The position numbers and the translations under genes were made by a program. DNA of 64,000 nt from Ignavibacteriota bacterium (GTDB lineage: Bacteria > Bacteroidota > Ignavibacteria > Palsa-1295): positions 4,096-68,095 of the forward strand of contig PLYO01000031.1 of NCBI GenBank assembly GCA_003151825.1. The letters are read 5' to 3'. Each line of letters starts with the position of its first letter. Position 1 is the stretch's first letter. Below the pieces are notes generated by a model. The model was not told the DNA's origin. It did not search any database and saw nothing but the letters and a program-made list of their open reading frames with translations. Shown piece by piece: positions 54,210-63,825 of the stretch.

Positions 54210-55169
54210 ATGATCGTAACCGTCGATAAAAATTCGGGATTTTGCTGGGGCGTGGTTCGCGCGGTGAACTTCGCCGAGGCGGAGCTTGCCGGACAGTCCG
54301 GCAACGGGCGCGCGCCTCGGCTGTATTCACTTGGCGATATTATCCATAATCCGGTGGAAGTGGATCGTTTGCGTTCGGAGGGCCTCGAAACGATCACGCA
54401 CTCCGATTTCGAGCGCATTGCTGAAGAGAACCGCGCGCTTGGTATCGAATCCAAAATTCTCATTCGCGCGCATGGCGAACCGCCGTCAACCTTTGCAAAG
54501 ATGCGAGAACTTGGGCTTGGTATGGTGGATGCTACCTGTCCCGTCGTGGCCAAAGTGCAGGAGCGCATTTATAAATTCTACGAAAAAGGTTACCAGATCG
54601 TTATCTTCGGGAAAAAAGATCATGCGGAAGTGATCGGACTTCGCGGCGTAGTCAATGACGAAGCCATCGTCATTAAATCTGTCGAAGAAGCATTGGCGAA
54701 AATTAAATTCGACCGGCCAACCGTCGTGTTCTCGCAAACGACGATGGATCGCCCCACTTTCCGCGAAATCCGCGACCGATTGAAAGAACGCATCGCCGAT
54801 CTCGTTGTCGATACGATGGAAGAAACCGCCATCGAATTTCAAGCGAAAGATACCATCTGCGGACAAGTATCGGGGCGCGAAACGAAGCTCGTCGAGCTTG
54901 TGCGAACGCAGGATGTAATCGTCTTCGTCGCCGGACGGAACAGCTCGAACGGCGTTGTGCTCTTCAACATCGCGCGCGAAGCCAACCCGCGCACGCATTT
55001 CATCGAAGACGAGCGGGAACTGGATATGGCGTGGTTCGATAATGCAGAAACGGTTGCCATCACCGGTGCAACGAGCACCCCGCAATGGCTGATGCAGCGC
55101 GTCGCCGATGCGATCTACAAAATGTGCGGCGAACCGGAGAAAGCGGAATTGCTACCTATCCTCGTGTAA
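54210..55169 (+). CDS. ispH: 4-hydroxy-3-methylbut-2-enyl diphosphate reductase
   Basis: GFCWGVVRA, IIHN, RAHG, DATCP, DTIC, SSN, TGATSTP. Confidence 0.96.
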   Translation: MIVTVDKNSGFCWGVVRAVNFAEAELAGQSGNGRAPRLYSLGDIIHNPVEVDRLRSEGLETITHSDFERIAEENRALGIESKILIRAHGEPPSTFAKMRELGLGMVDATCPVVAKVQERIYKFYEKGYQIVIFGKKDHAEVIGLRGVVNDEAIVIKSVEEALAKIKFDRPTVVFSQTTMDRPTFREIRDRLKERIADLVVDTMEETAIEFQAKDTICGQVSGRETKLVELVRTQDVIVFVAGRNSSNGVVLFNIAREANPRTHFIEDERELDMAWFDNAETVAITGATSTPQWLMQRVADAIYKMCGEPEKAELLPILV

Positions 55170-55220
55170 ACCGGGTTTTAACCCGGTTCAGAAATGCCCG
55201 AGTTGAAACCCGGGCTACAC
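55169..55220 (-). repeat. REP-like doublet between convergent ispH and ruvA
   Basis: GTAGCCCGGGTTTCAACTCGGGC...AACCGGGTTAAAACCCGGTT; GTAG overlaps the ruvA stop. Confidence 0.7.
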
Positions 55221-55811
55221 CGCACTTGCTTCTTTCAACGCCGTCTTAATCAACTTCTCGACGTTCGCAGCCATTTCCGGCTGGTCGCGCACCACATCTC
55301 GAATTGCTTTCTCTGCCGCGTTGCGTTGATAGCCTAAGGCAAGCAGTGCTTGCAGCGCATCGTTGCGAACTTTACCGCCACCTTCGGATGGCGCAGAATA
55401 AATTTCTTCTTTCAATAATTTATCACGTAATTCTACAATAAGCCGTTCGGCGGTTTTGCGGCCAATGCCGGGAATTCCGATGAGACGGTGAACATCGCTT
55501 GCGCGGATAGCTTCGCGCAGCGGAGCTTCGCCGATTCCGGAAAGAATCGCGATCGCGCTCTTCGGGCCAATGCCGCTAATGGCCACCAGCTGATCGAATA
55601 GCGCGCGCTCGGCGAGCGAGGCAAAGCCGAAGAGCGTCATCGAGTCCTCGCGAACGACAAGGCGCGTCCAAATTTCGTATTCCTTGCCGATTATCACGGC
55701 ACGGTCGTATGCTTCCTGCGTGCAGAGCACCTCATAGCCCACTCCACCCGCCTCGATAACAAGCGTGTAGGGAGTACGAAAACGCAGCTTTCCGCGAAGA
55801 AGGGCGATCAT
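55215..55811 (-). CDS. ruvA: Holliday junction branch migration protein RuvA
   Basis: GVGYEV, VRED...LFGF, ISGIGPKSA, IPGIGRKTAER, ALLALGY. Confidence 0.96.
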   Translation of the reverse strand: MIALLRGKLRFRTPYTLVIEAGGVGYEVLCTQEAYDRAVIIGKEYEIWTRLVVREDSMTLFGFASLAERALFDQLVAISGIGPKSAIAILSGIGEAPLREAIRASDVHRLIGIPGIGRKTAERLIVELRDKLLKEEIYSAPSEGGGKVRNDALQALLALGYQRNAAEKAIRDVVRDQPEMAANVEKLIKTALKEASAV

Positions 55812-55879
55812 TTCAGTATATTTGTAGTGTCAATGATAAGCTCCAACAATTGCTAATAAATAAGAGTTAAGGTGAGGCG

Positions 55880-56018
55880 GTCATACTGAGCGGGGTTCGG
55901 CGCAACGAGCATCGTGGCCAATACGGCGGAGCCGAACGAAGCCGAAAAAGCTCATGCGTTAAACAAAAGACCGCTTGACTCCGCAAGACTGCGCTTTGCC
56001 CCGGTTTGCTCCGCTCAG
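55880..56018. repeat. Degenerate type A palindromic element
   Basis: GTCATACTGAGCGG...GACTCCGCAA...TTGCTCCGCTCAG. Confidence 0.6.
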
Positions 56019-56059
56019 AGGGTATGAAATGCAATTGCACCAAATCGGTATCATCCTAC

Positions 56060-56722
56060 TCATGGAAATTCGGCTAGGATGGTCTCACCTGCGCGGACTT
56101 TATCGCCATTTTTAACGGAAATCGATGCTTCGAGCGGAGTAAACACATCCACGCGCGAGCCAAATTTTATCATTCCGAAACGTTCGCCGGCCTCAATACG
56201 ATCTCCCACCTTCGCTTCGCAGACAATCCTTCTGGCAATATAACCCGCGACTTGAGCAAAAAGAATTTTGCGGCCATTCATTGCAAGACCGATAAGCGCC
56301 CGTTCGTTACGGCGCGTTGCTTCGGAATCGCTCGCGACGAGAAATTCGCCTTTGACGTAACGGAAATACTCCACGATCCCGGTCATTGGCGAACGATTGA
56401 CATGCACATCGAGCGGCGACATAAAAATCGAGATGAGTGTTGCCCTCGCCTTCAGGAATTCCGGCTCCTCCACTTCGCTGATGCCCACGATTACTCCATC
56501 CGCCGGAGACACAACCAATTTACTAACATCGATCCCATCCGTCCTAATAGTCCTATCCGGGTCACGAAAGAAGTTTAAGGAAAAAATAGAAAGAAATAAT
56601 GCTACAGCGATGAGGACGACCTGCAGCCACGCTTCATCCGTCCACACCGCAAGGCCGATCAGCAGGAGTGCGATGACGAAGATGGCGACTAATACGTCCC
56701 TACCGTAGCGTGTGAGTGACAC
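56060..56722 (-). CDS. psd: Phosphatidylserine decarboxylase (short type)
   Basis: FFRDPDR, SPADG, SIFMSPLDVHVNRSP, FGMIKFGSRVD. Confidence 0.93.
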   Translation of the reverse strand: MSLTRYGRDVLVAIFVIALLLIGLAVWTDEAWLQVVLIAVALFLSIFSLNFFRDPDRTIRTDGIDVSKLVVSPADGVIVGISEVEEPEFLKARATLISIFMSPLDVHVNRSPMTGIVEYFRYVKGEFLVASDSEATRRNERALIGLAMNGRKILFAQVAGYIARRIVCEAKVGDRIEAGERFGMIKFGSRVDVFTPLEASISVKNGDKVRAGETILAEFP

Positions 56723-56741
56723 AATGTGTGTAAATAATCAC

Positions 56742-56800
56742 GGTGTGGCGCGGGCTTCAGCCCGCAGCCAAAAGCACCGGGCTAAAGCCCGGGCTACACC
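56742..56800 (-). repeat. REP-like inverted doublet
   Basis: GGTGTAGCCCGGGCTTTAGCCCGG...GCGGGCTGAAGCCCGCGCCACACC; GTAG overlaps the purC stop. Confidence 0.75.
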
Positions 56801-57510
56801 ATTTCCGTTACCCTTCTGAGCATCTCGGCATAAGCTTCTTCCACCCCACCTAAATCTTGCCGAAAGCGGTCCTTGTCGAGCTTCTTGCGCGTCACGGCAT
56901 CCCAGAAACGGCAGGTATCCGGCGAGATTTCGTCCCCTAAAAGTATTTCTCCCTTATGCCTGCCAAATTCGAGCTTAAAATCGACCAAAATAATCCCCCG
57001 ATCACGGAAAAAAGCTTTTAGAATATCGTTGATTTTTAGCGCCGAATGGCGGATGAAGTCGATCTCGTCTTCGGTTGCAAGGCCCATCGCAAGGGCGTGG
57101 CTGTCGTTGATGAGCGGATCGCCGAGCGCGTCATCCTTATACGAGAATTCGAATGTGGGATGCTTGAATTCAAGACCCTCCTGTACGCCATACCGCTTCA
57201 CGAACGAACCAGCAGCGATATTGCGGACGATCACTTCCAGCGGAACGATTTCGAGGCGCTTTACGAGCATATCGACGGGCGTTTGCTGCTCGACGAAATG
57301 TGTGCGGATGCCGCTTGCTTCGAGCATTTGAAAGAGAGCGCTCGACATCGCGCAATTGACTTCGCCCTTGTGCGCCCAGCTACCCCGCTTGAGCGCGTTG
57401 AAGGCCGTCGCATCGTCCTTGAATTCCTGAATAACGGTGTCCGGCGAGCCTTTTACCGTAAAGAGTTTCTTCGCTTTGCCTTCGTAAAATTGTGTTTCTT
57501 TTTCTGCCAT
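56794..57510 (-). CDS. purC: SAICAR synthetase
   Basis: YEGKAKK, FKDDATAFN, LVDFKLEFG, DEISPDTCRFWD. Confidence 0.96.
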   Translation of the reverse strand: MAEKETQFYEGKAKKLFTVKGSPDTVIQEFKDDATAFNALKRGSWAHKGEVNCAMSSALFQMLEASGIRTHFVEQQTPVDMLVKRLEIVPLEVIVRNIAAGSFVKRYGVQEGLEFKHPTFEFSYKDDALGDPLINDSHALAMGLATEDEIDFIRHSALKINDILKAFFRDRGIILVDFKLEFGRHKGEILLGDEISPDTCRFWDAVTRKKLDKDRFRQDLGGVEEAYAEMLRRVTEMV

Positions 57511-57523
57511 GATTAATGATTGT

Positions 57524-57613
57524 CTGAACCTTGATTTGGGGCGGTTTTTAAGATTAATTAGATTTGGATTCCCATCTCCGAAATCTCCTTAATCGCCCCA
57601 AATCATGGTTCGG
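57524..57613. repeat. Inverted repeat with 9-nt periodic GATT units
   Basis: GAACCTTGATTTGGGGCG...CGCCCCAAATCATGGTTC; related half-copies near 8894-8924 and 49819-49850. Confidence 0.55.
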
Positions 57614-57614
57614 C

Positions 57615-58457
57615 TTATTGAAATAACCCTAAAAACGCGCCGAGACTGACGACGAGTCCCGAGCCATTGATGCCGGTAAGTCCGGTTGAACTACCAAGGG
57701 TAATGCCCTGGTCTTTTGTCCAGGTTCCCATCGAAGTTCCCTGATACGCGGCCGTAAGCCGGAACATCAGGTACCCCACCGGTGAGTACTCGAATTGCAA
57801 CTGCGGCATGTAAAGGAAAAAATTCGAGGAATAGGTATGCGTGGTATATGGCGAGGAGCCGTTAAACTCTTGAGCTATATCGAAATCAACTCCATTGACG
57901 TCTTGCCGGGCGTAGATGTTGACCGCGCCATATCCGAGCGCGATGCCCGGAACGATGTGGAAGCGGCCCGTGCGAAGCGGCAAAACATAATCGATCGTCA
58001 GTGCGGCGTACCCAATTTGATACGTCAGATAGCGGTTCACCGAAGTGCTGTCTGCCCCGACCGTGGTATTGGTGCATCCGCAATCGACGCTCGTGCCGCT
58101 ATAGCCCATGCCGCCAATTCGGAGATTTTTGACCCACGGAAGCGTAATAAATCCTTGTCCGCCAATCATCCACACTTCCTGACGATAATTCTTTTCGACG
58201 AACGGCTGCGCGACGTTCGCGTTGAAGACCGTGAGGTTCGGAGTAAAATACGCCCCCAGGATTCCTCCACCCACCGAAAAGAACGATGGAGCGCCCTTAT
58301 CTTCGTCCTGATACAGCTCTTCGTCGTTCCAGTGCGTGGTATCGCGCTGAATTTGAGCAAGCAGGATTCGGGGGAATGTCATGCTGGCCCCGAAAAATAT
58401 CAGCAAAATCAAAAAATTATATCGTTTTCTGAGAATCATGGTGTGTGGTCTATTCAT
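57615..58457 (-). CDS. Outer-membrane beta-barrel hypothetical protein
   Basis: Signal peptide and alternating Gly/aromatic strands. Confidence 0.72.
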   Translation of the reverse strand: MNRPHTMILRKRYNFLILLIFFGASMTFPRILLAQIQRDTTHWNDEELYQDEDKGAPSFFSVGGGILGAYFTPNLTVFNANVAQPFVEKNYRQEVWMIGGQGFITLPWVKNLRIGGMGYSGTSVDCGCTNTTVGADSTSVNRYLTYQIGYAALTIDYVLPLRTGRFHIVPGIALGYGAVNIYARQDVNGVDFDIAQEFNGSSPYTTHTYSSNFFLYMPQLQFEYSPVGYLMFRLTAAYQGTSMGTWTKDQGITLGSSTGLTGINGSGLVVSLGAFLGLFQ

Positions 58458-58460
58458 TTA

Positions 58461-58613
58461 TTAGACAAAATTACGAACTTTCGGAGCGTGGGGCGGTGAT
58501 TCCTTCTCGGCCAGCTTCACAAGACCGAGAAGTAGTGCGTTTTTTTTGAGGAGCCAGATGCTTTCTTCGCTTGCCAGACGCATAGCGCTATCAATTTTGA
58601 TCTGATCCAGCAT
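58461..58613 (-). pseudogene. Possible 5' remnant of an MqnC/CofH-family gene
   Basis: MLDQIKIDSAMRLASEESIWLLKKNALLLGLVKLAE resembles the RL..EE...L...LL.LG..A N-terminus of the family; follows mqnE-mqnA. Confidence 0.4.
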
Positions 58614-58642
58614 CTTCTATTGAATATTGAAAAACTCACGGG

Positions 58643-60574
58643 TTAAAAGCCCTCGGACAGGCTAAAAGCCTGTTCTACACGGTCGGTTGAATTCAGGTTT
58701 GCATATTCCATCTCGAACTCCGCCATTGCCGCGTACTCTTCGAGCGTGAAGCGGTAGCGGAATTGCGAGAGATAATCGGATACTTCGGCTTCGCTCATGC
58801 CAAGGCGCGCGCCGTGCTCGCGGCCAATTTTGCCGAAACGATTTGCGGGTTCCGCAAGCGAATGCTCCAGCGACTGCAAAATTTCTTTCCTTGCGTTTTC
58901 CGTCGTGCCTTTGCGAATCGCCCAGACTGCAAAAACAAACGGCATTTCTTTCCACGCGTACCACTCTTCCGCAAGATCGAACACTTTGCCGAATCCAGGA
59001 ATGCCGCCGCCGTAAGCGCGGCGAAGGGCTTCATCGCCAATGAGAAGGATGGCGTCAAAGTTTGAATAGTCATGTGACCCATCGGTCGGATGAGTCCTAT
59101 GAAAAACAAAATTGTTAATTCCAAAGCGATTCTCAAGGAGCACACGAAGCAATTCAACGCTCGTGGAAGTTTCAGCGGTAATGCTAATTTTTTTGCCCGA
59201 AAGTTCTGGCCAATCGTACTTGCTGAACAGCAGCACGGAATTCGCTTTGCCCTTCACGGCCACGCCATAATCGAGTCTTTCGAACTCATCGCTCATGGAC
59301 ATATAATCTCGGAGCGACATCGGGCCGGCAGCCACGCTCCCCTGCTCCGAGAGTTTGCCAAATACTCGCGGAGCAAGCGGAGCCAGCTTTACAATTGTTG
59401 AGTATTCCGGGAATGAATTATAAAACGGCACGGAATTAAGATACGGCATTTTGCTAACCACTGACCATTCCGGTTTCGGATAAACCGCAATGGGATTATA
59501 CCAGACATCGCGCTCGACGGGAAGCTTTCCGGCATCGTGGATGATCGAGATAAGCTTGCCTTTCGCAAGCTCCATTGGGCTGATCGCGCCGGCATCGTGC
59601 GCGATGCGCTCTTCGCCGACGGTACCGTCCATATCGTCCGCGCCGAAACTTAGCGCGATCGTCGCGACTTCCGCCGTGAGCATCACCCAATAGGCTTTGA
59701 TGTGCGGCACATTATCGAGCATGAGCCGCGAGACAGCAATGGTTTTAAGATCATCTACAGCGCTCGTAAAATCATTCCGGGTTTTGATGCCCGTGTCGCC
59801 CGGTTGGAACGCGAGTGGAATAAACGAGAGAAATCCATTGGTCTCGTCCTGACATTCACGAACACGGAGCATGTGTTCGACGCGCTCTTCAATCGTCTCG
59901 ATGTGACCGTAAAGCATCGTCACATTCGATTGAATGCCAAGGCGATGTGCGGTGCGGTGAACATCAAACCACGTTTTCGCGCCGATTTTTTGATGGAAAA
60001 GATGTTTGCGAACGCGCTCAGAAAAAACTTCCGCGCCCCCGCCGGGCATGGTGCGAAGTCCTGCTTCTTGAAGCTCGCGCAACACTTGTTCATGCGATTT
60101 CTTGAACTTCTTGGAAAAAAAATCTATCTCGACTGCGGTGAATGCTTTTACATCGACATTCGGAAATTGCGTTTTGATTTGGCGCACCATGTCGATATAA
60201 AACTCCCACGGCCATTTGGGATGTAGGCCGCCGGTAATGTGAACTTCGTGCAAATCCGGGCGCAGCTTGGAAAGCATTTCGGCAATCGTCATTTCATACG
60301 CTTCCGGCGAATCGGGCTTGACAGCGAAATCGCAAAACTTGCACGAGAGCACACAGATATTCGTCGGTTCGAGTTTGCGGTTGAGAACGAAATAAACGCT
60401 GTCGCCCGATTTCGCGCGCGCGACGGCGTTGGCCATGCGGCCAACTCCGATGAGATCGTCAGAGGCGAAAAGCCCGAGGCCATCCTCTTTCGAGAGCCGC
60501 TCGCCCACACGGATTTTATCCCAGAGGGGATAAAGTGATTTATCGCGGAAGGTAAAATTATGGGGAAAAGTCAT
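58643..60574 (-). CDS. mqnE: Aminofutalosine synthase MqnE fused to chorismate dehydratase MqnA
   Basis: CVLSCKFC radical SAM motif, PGGGAE, HIKAYWVM; C-terminal PYLNSVP, SVLLFSK, TSVEL, LLIGDEAL, PFVFAVW. Confidence 0.88.
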   Translation of the reverse strand: MTFPHNFTFRDKSLYPLWDKIRVGERLSKEDGLGLFASDDLIGVGRMANAVARAKSGDSVYFVLNRKLEPTNICVLSCKFCDFAVKPDSPEAYEMTIAEMLSKLRPDLHEVHITGGLHPKWPWEFYIDMVRQIKTQFPNVDVKAFTAVEIDFFSKKFKKSHEQVLRELQEAGLRTMPGGGAEVFSERVRKHLFHQKIGAKTWFDVHRTAHRLGIQSNVTMLYGHIETIEERVEHMLRVRECQDETNGFLSFIPLAFQPGDTGIKTRNDFTSAVDDLKTIAVSRLMLDNVPHIKAYWVMLTAEVATIALSFGADDMDGTVGEERIAHDAGAISPMELAKGKLISIIHDAGKLPVERDVWYNPIAVYPKPEWSVVSKMPYLNSVPFYNSFPEYSTIVKLAPLAPRVFGKLSEQGSVAAGPMSLRDYMSMSDEFERLDYGVAVKGKANSVLLFSKYDWPELSGKKISITAETSTSVELLRVLLENRFGINNFVFHRTHPTDGSHDYSNFDAILLIGDEALRRAYGGGIPGFGKVFDLAEEWYAWKEMPFVFAVWAIRKGTTENARKEILQSLEHSLAEPANRFGKIGREHGARLGMSEAEVSDYLSQFRYRFTLEEYAAMAEFEMEYANLNSTDRVEQAFSLSEGF

Positions 60575-60703
60575 TAGGCCAGTCTGAAAAGTAAGTCGGC
60601 AATACTAAACACGCGCTTGGTAGATTATGCTCCATGCAGCAAATGAAACTCCTCGGCGCATGATCGTCGTTCCAGCAAACAATTCCTCTCTTTTCATCAT
60701 CTC

Positions 60704-62587
60704 ATGCGCTATTTCTTTTTCTCTGGGCTGTTATTGCTGAGCCTTACACCACATGCACGGTGCCAGACCACCGCCGGCAAGGATTTCTGGCTCGGCTTCA
60801 TGTATAACGATTCGGGCATTCGCAATCCGATCGAACTGACCGTCTATCTTAGCTCTCCGCTCCATACGAGCGGCACTATTTCCATGCCCTCGACACATTG
60901 GGAACAACCGTTCGAAGTTGAGCCGGGTAAAGGAACTTCGATTCGAATCCCATCGGATATTGGCATGGCTCGCGTTTCGGAAATTTCCGAACCGAAGGCC
61001 ATTCATATCGAATCGCTCGACACCATTGCTTGCTTTGCGTTAAATTACAGCGCGCAGACCTCGGATGCCTCGGTCATCCTGCCGTCCAAAGCGCTTGGAA
61101 GAGAATACCGTGTCATGGCTTACACTCCCGCCGGGTATCCAAGCGAGAGTATGATCGTGCCTGCATGGGACTCAACTTCGGTCGAAATCACTCCATCGGC
61201 GGAGACATTGAGTGGAAAAAAAGCACAGATTCCTTTCACGGTCACGCTTTCACGCGGAGAAGTGTATCAAATTCAATCGACCGGCGATCTGACCGGCTCG
61301 CGAGTTATTTCCACGAAACCGGTCGCGGTGTTTGGAGGATCAGCATGTGCGTCCGTCCCAGCCGGCTCGGATTTTTCCAATCATCTCTTCGAGGAAATGT
61401 ATCCGCTCCCCGCATGGGGAAAACAATTTGTAACAATTCCCCTAAAAAGCCGCAAGGGAGATACATACCGGTTCCTCGCCTCAGAAGACAGCACGACGGT
61501 CGAGATTGGAGAGAAGCAAGTTCATCTGAACTCTGGGCAATTTTTCGAATGCATGCTGAAAGCGCCCACGTCCGTTTTTGCCTCGAAGCCAATCTCGATC
61601 GCGCAGTTCAGCAATAGCTCCTCCTTCGATAAGAATGAGAATTCCGACCCCTTTATGATCATGCTCAGCCCAAACGAGCAAATGCTGCATAGCGTCACGT
61701 TCAATGCGTTTCAATCCAAAGTCATTACGGCTTATTATTTAAATGTGCTTATCCCATTCGCCGGCCACACGCTCCTTCAGCTTGATGGAAAAGTTGTCAC
61801 GACAAAGGCTGTCCCTGGCGACACGGAATACAATTTCGCACAGCTTGCGATCGGCGCGGGCGATCATACTCTTTCCTGCGATAGCGGCTTTATCGCTTAT
61901 GTCTATGGCTATGGCGTTGCCGAGTCCTACGGCTATTCGGCGGGTGCATCGATCAAAGCTATTCAGCATTTCGTGCTTATTCATGGCCGTGCCATCGATA
62001 AAAAGACTGGTAATCCCGTGGCGGCGCGAATCGTCTATCAAACACTTCCCGAGGGCCGTGAAGCTGGAACCGTCAATGCAAATCCGACAACGGGAGACTA
62101 CACCGCTGTCCTCCCGACGGGATTTACGTATGGAATCCGCGCGGAAGCTCAAAATTATTATGCAATCAGCGATCACCTGGAAGCACTCGACACCACAAAC
62201 GATATGCGTGTTTCCCGCGATTTAGAACTCGCGCCGATCGAAGTCGGGCAAGTCATTCGGCTCAATAACGTGTTTTTCGATCTCAATCAAACGGTACTCC
62301 GTCCCGAATCGTATCCCGAATTGGATCGCGTGGTTAAATTGCTCAAAGAGAATAAAGATATTTCCATTGCCATTAGTGGCCACACAGATAATATCGGATC
62401 GGACGAAGATAATATGAGGCTTTCGATTGGCCGCGCGGCCGCCGTTCAGGATTATATCACTCACTCTGGCATCGATTCGAATCGTGTGACCGCCAAAGGA
62501 TTTGGCAAAACCCAACCCATCGCTACCAACGACACCGAGGAAGGACGGCAGCAAAACCGGCGGGTGGAATTTGCGATTGTGAAATAA
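60704..62587 (+). CDS. IgGFc-binding-like N-terminal domain fused to an OmpA peptidoglycan-binding domain
   Basis: GKDFWLGF, KPVAVFGG, DPFM, FIAYVYGY; GHTDNIG...NRRVEF. Confidence 0.87.
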   Translation: MRYFFFSGLLLLSLTPHARCQTTAGKDFWLGFMYNDSGIRNPIELTVYLSSPLHTSGTISMPSTHWEQPFEVEPGKGTSIRIPSDIGMARVSEISEPKAIHIESLDTIACFALNYSAQTSDASVILPSKALGREYRVMAYTPAGYPSESMIVPAWDSTSVEITPSAETLSGKKAQIPFTVTLSRGEVYQIQSTGDLTGSRVISTKPVAVFGGSACASVPAGSDFSNHLFEEMYPLPAWGKQFVTIPLKSRKGDTYRFLASEDSTTVEIGEKQVHLNSGQFFECMLKAPTSVFASKPISIAQFSNSSSFDKNENSDPFMIMLSPNEQMLHSVTFNAFQSKVITAYYLNVLIPFAGHTLLQLDGKVVTTKAVPGDTEYNFAQLAIGAGDHTLSCDSGFIAYVYGYGVAESYGYSAGASIKAIQHFVLIHGRAIDKKTGNPVAARIVYQTLPEGREAGTVNANPTTGDYTAVLPTGFTYGIRAEAQNYYAISDHLEALDTTNDMRVSRDLELAPIEVGQVIRLNNVFFDLNQTVLRPESYPELDRVVKLLKENKDISIAISGHTDNIGSDEDNMRLSIGRAAAVQDYITHSGIDSNRVTAKGFGKTQPIATNDTEEGRQQNRRVEFAIVK

Positions 62588-62614
62588 TTCGCATCTACTC
62601 GCTCCTTTACTTCC

Positions 62615-63808
62615 TTATGACTCTTGAATTGAGAGATCGGGCGGAACTAAAACATCTCGTCCAGTCCTGAAATACCGTTTTAGCCTGAGAAAATGCTTCT
62701 CATAGAGATGCCAGCTTAAGAAGGCCGCGAGAGAACACGTTCCAAAATAGAGAAAGAATAATTCCACCTCGGCAACGATGCGATGGCTTGAAATCCAGCC
62801 GGGCGGCGAAATGAGAACGAAAAATGCCAGCGGAACATGAAGTATATACAGCGCATAACTATATTTCCCAAACCACCTCAGGACGCGATGAGAAAAAAAT
62901 CGGACAATGCGTGTTTTCCGGTTCCCAATTGCCGCGTAAATCAGCCACATAAAAAGGATGGCAAGTAGTGGAAGCGCGATAAAATTTCTTCCGATTGACA
63001 CAATGGAACTTTGCTCCCATTGCGCGCCGAAACCATCGTAATTCGTAAGCAGATACGCCGCAACGATAAGAATTGCCGCAAGAAAGCGCGGCGGCCGTAA
63101 CCCTTTCCATGCGCCCGAAGAAGTACTCCGAATCGACAACGCCAAATACCCTCCCAGAAGAAGCCCATCGCAGTGCGTGGCCGAGCTGAAAAAGAGCGCG
63201 CTATAGCTCATCCCGCAAAAATGAAGGATGATTCTCAACATCGAAACGCCAACGAAAGCCCAAAGCAACCCTTTTCGAAATCCTTCTAACGTTCGGGCAA
63301 AATAAAGAATCAGCGGCCAGAGAAAATAAAATTGCTCCTCGATCGCAAGCGTCCAGAGATGGGAGAGAAAATTCACTCCCCAGCCATAGCGCGCGAAATA
63401 AAAATTACTGGCATAGACCCAAAAATAGGGTCCGGAATCCGGAATGCCCGTTTGAATTCCCATGCGGGGCAGAATGAGCAGCACCACAACAAGCACAGCA
63501 TAGTACAAGGGGAAAATGCGCAACACGCGCCTTGCATAAAAAGAAGAAAAATAATGCTTGTGAAATTTTGCATCGGCAAGGATGCCCGTAATCAGAAATC
63601 CCGAAAGGACAAAAAAAAGATCGACGCCAACCCACGCGAATCCCCACAATGCCGCGATATGCGTAAGCCACCGTTCGCGGATGGGAGCGAGCTGCAAGAA
63701 ATGATGCAGAACGATGAGCAGCGCCGCTGTACCGCGCAATCCATCGAGGGCGGGATAATGGCGAGGCGTCGATTGCGAGTTCGACCAATCCGTCATAACA
63801 TCATTCAT
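62615..63808 (-). CDS. Acyltransferase 3 (OafA-like)
   Basis: LDGLRG, GVDLFFVLSGFLIT, HLWTLAIEEQFY, SYALYILH; start moved downstream of the map stop. Confidence 0.9.
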   Translation of the reverse strand: MNDVMTDWSNSQSTPRHYPALDGLRGTAALLIVLHHFLQLAPIRERWLTHIAALWGFAWVGVDLFFVLSGFLITGILADAKFHKHYFSSFYARRVLRIFPLYYAVLVVVLLILPRMGIQTGIPDSGPYFWVYASNFYFARYGWGVNFLSHLWTLAIEEQFYFLWPLILYFARTLEGFRKGLLWAFVGVSMLRIILHFCGMSYSALFFSSATHCDGLLLGGYLALSIRSTSSGAWKGLRPPRFLAAILIVAAYLLTNYDGFGAQWEQSSIVSIGRNFIALPLLAILFMWLIYAAIGNRKTRIVRFFSHRVLRWFGKYSYALYILHVPLAFFVLISPPGWISSHRIVAEVELFFLYFGTCSLAAFLSWHLYEKHFLRLKRYFRTGRDVLVPPDLSIQES

Positions 63809-63825
63809 GACTTGGTCGCAAACGT

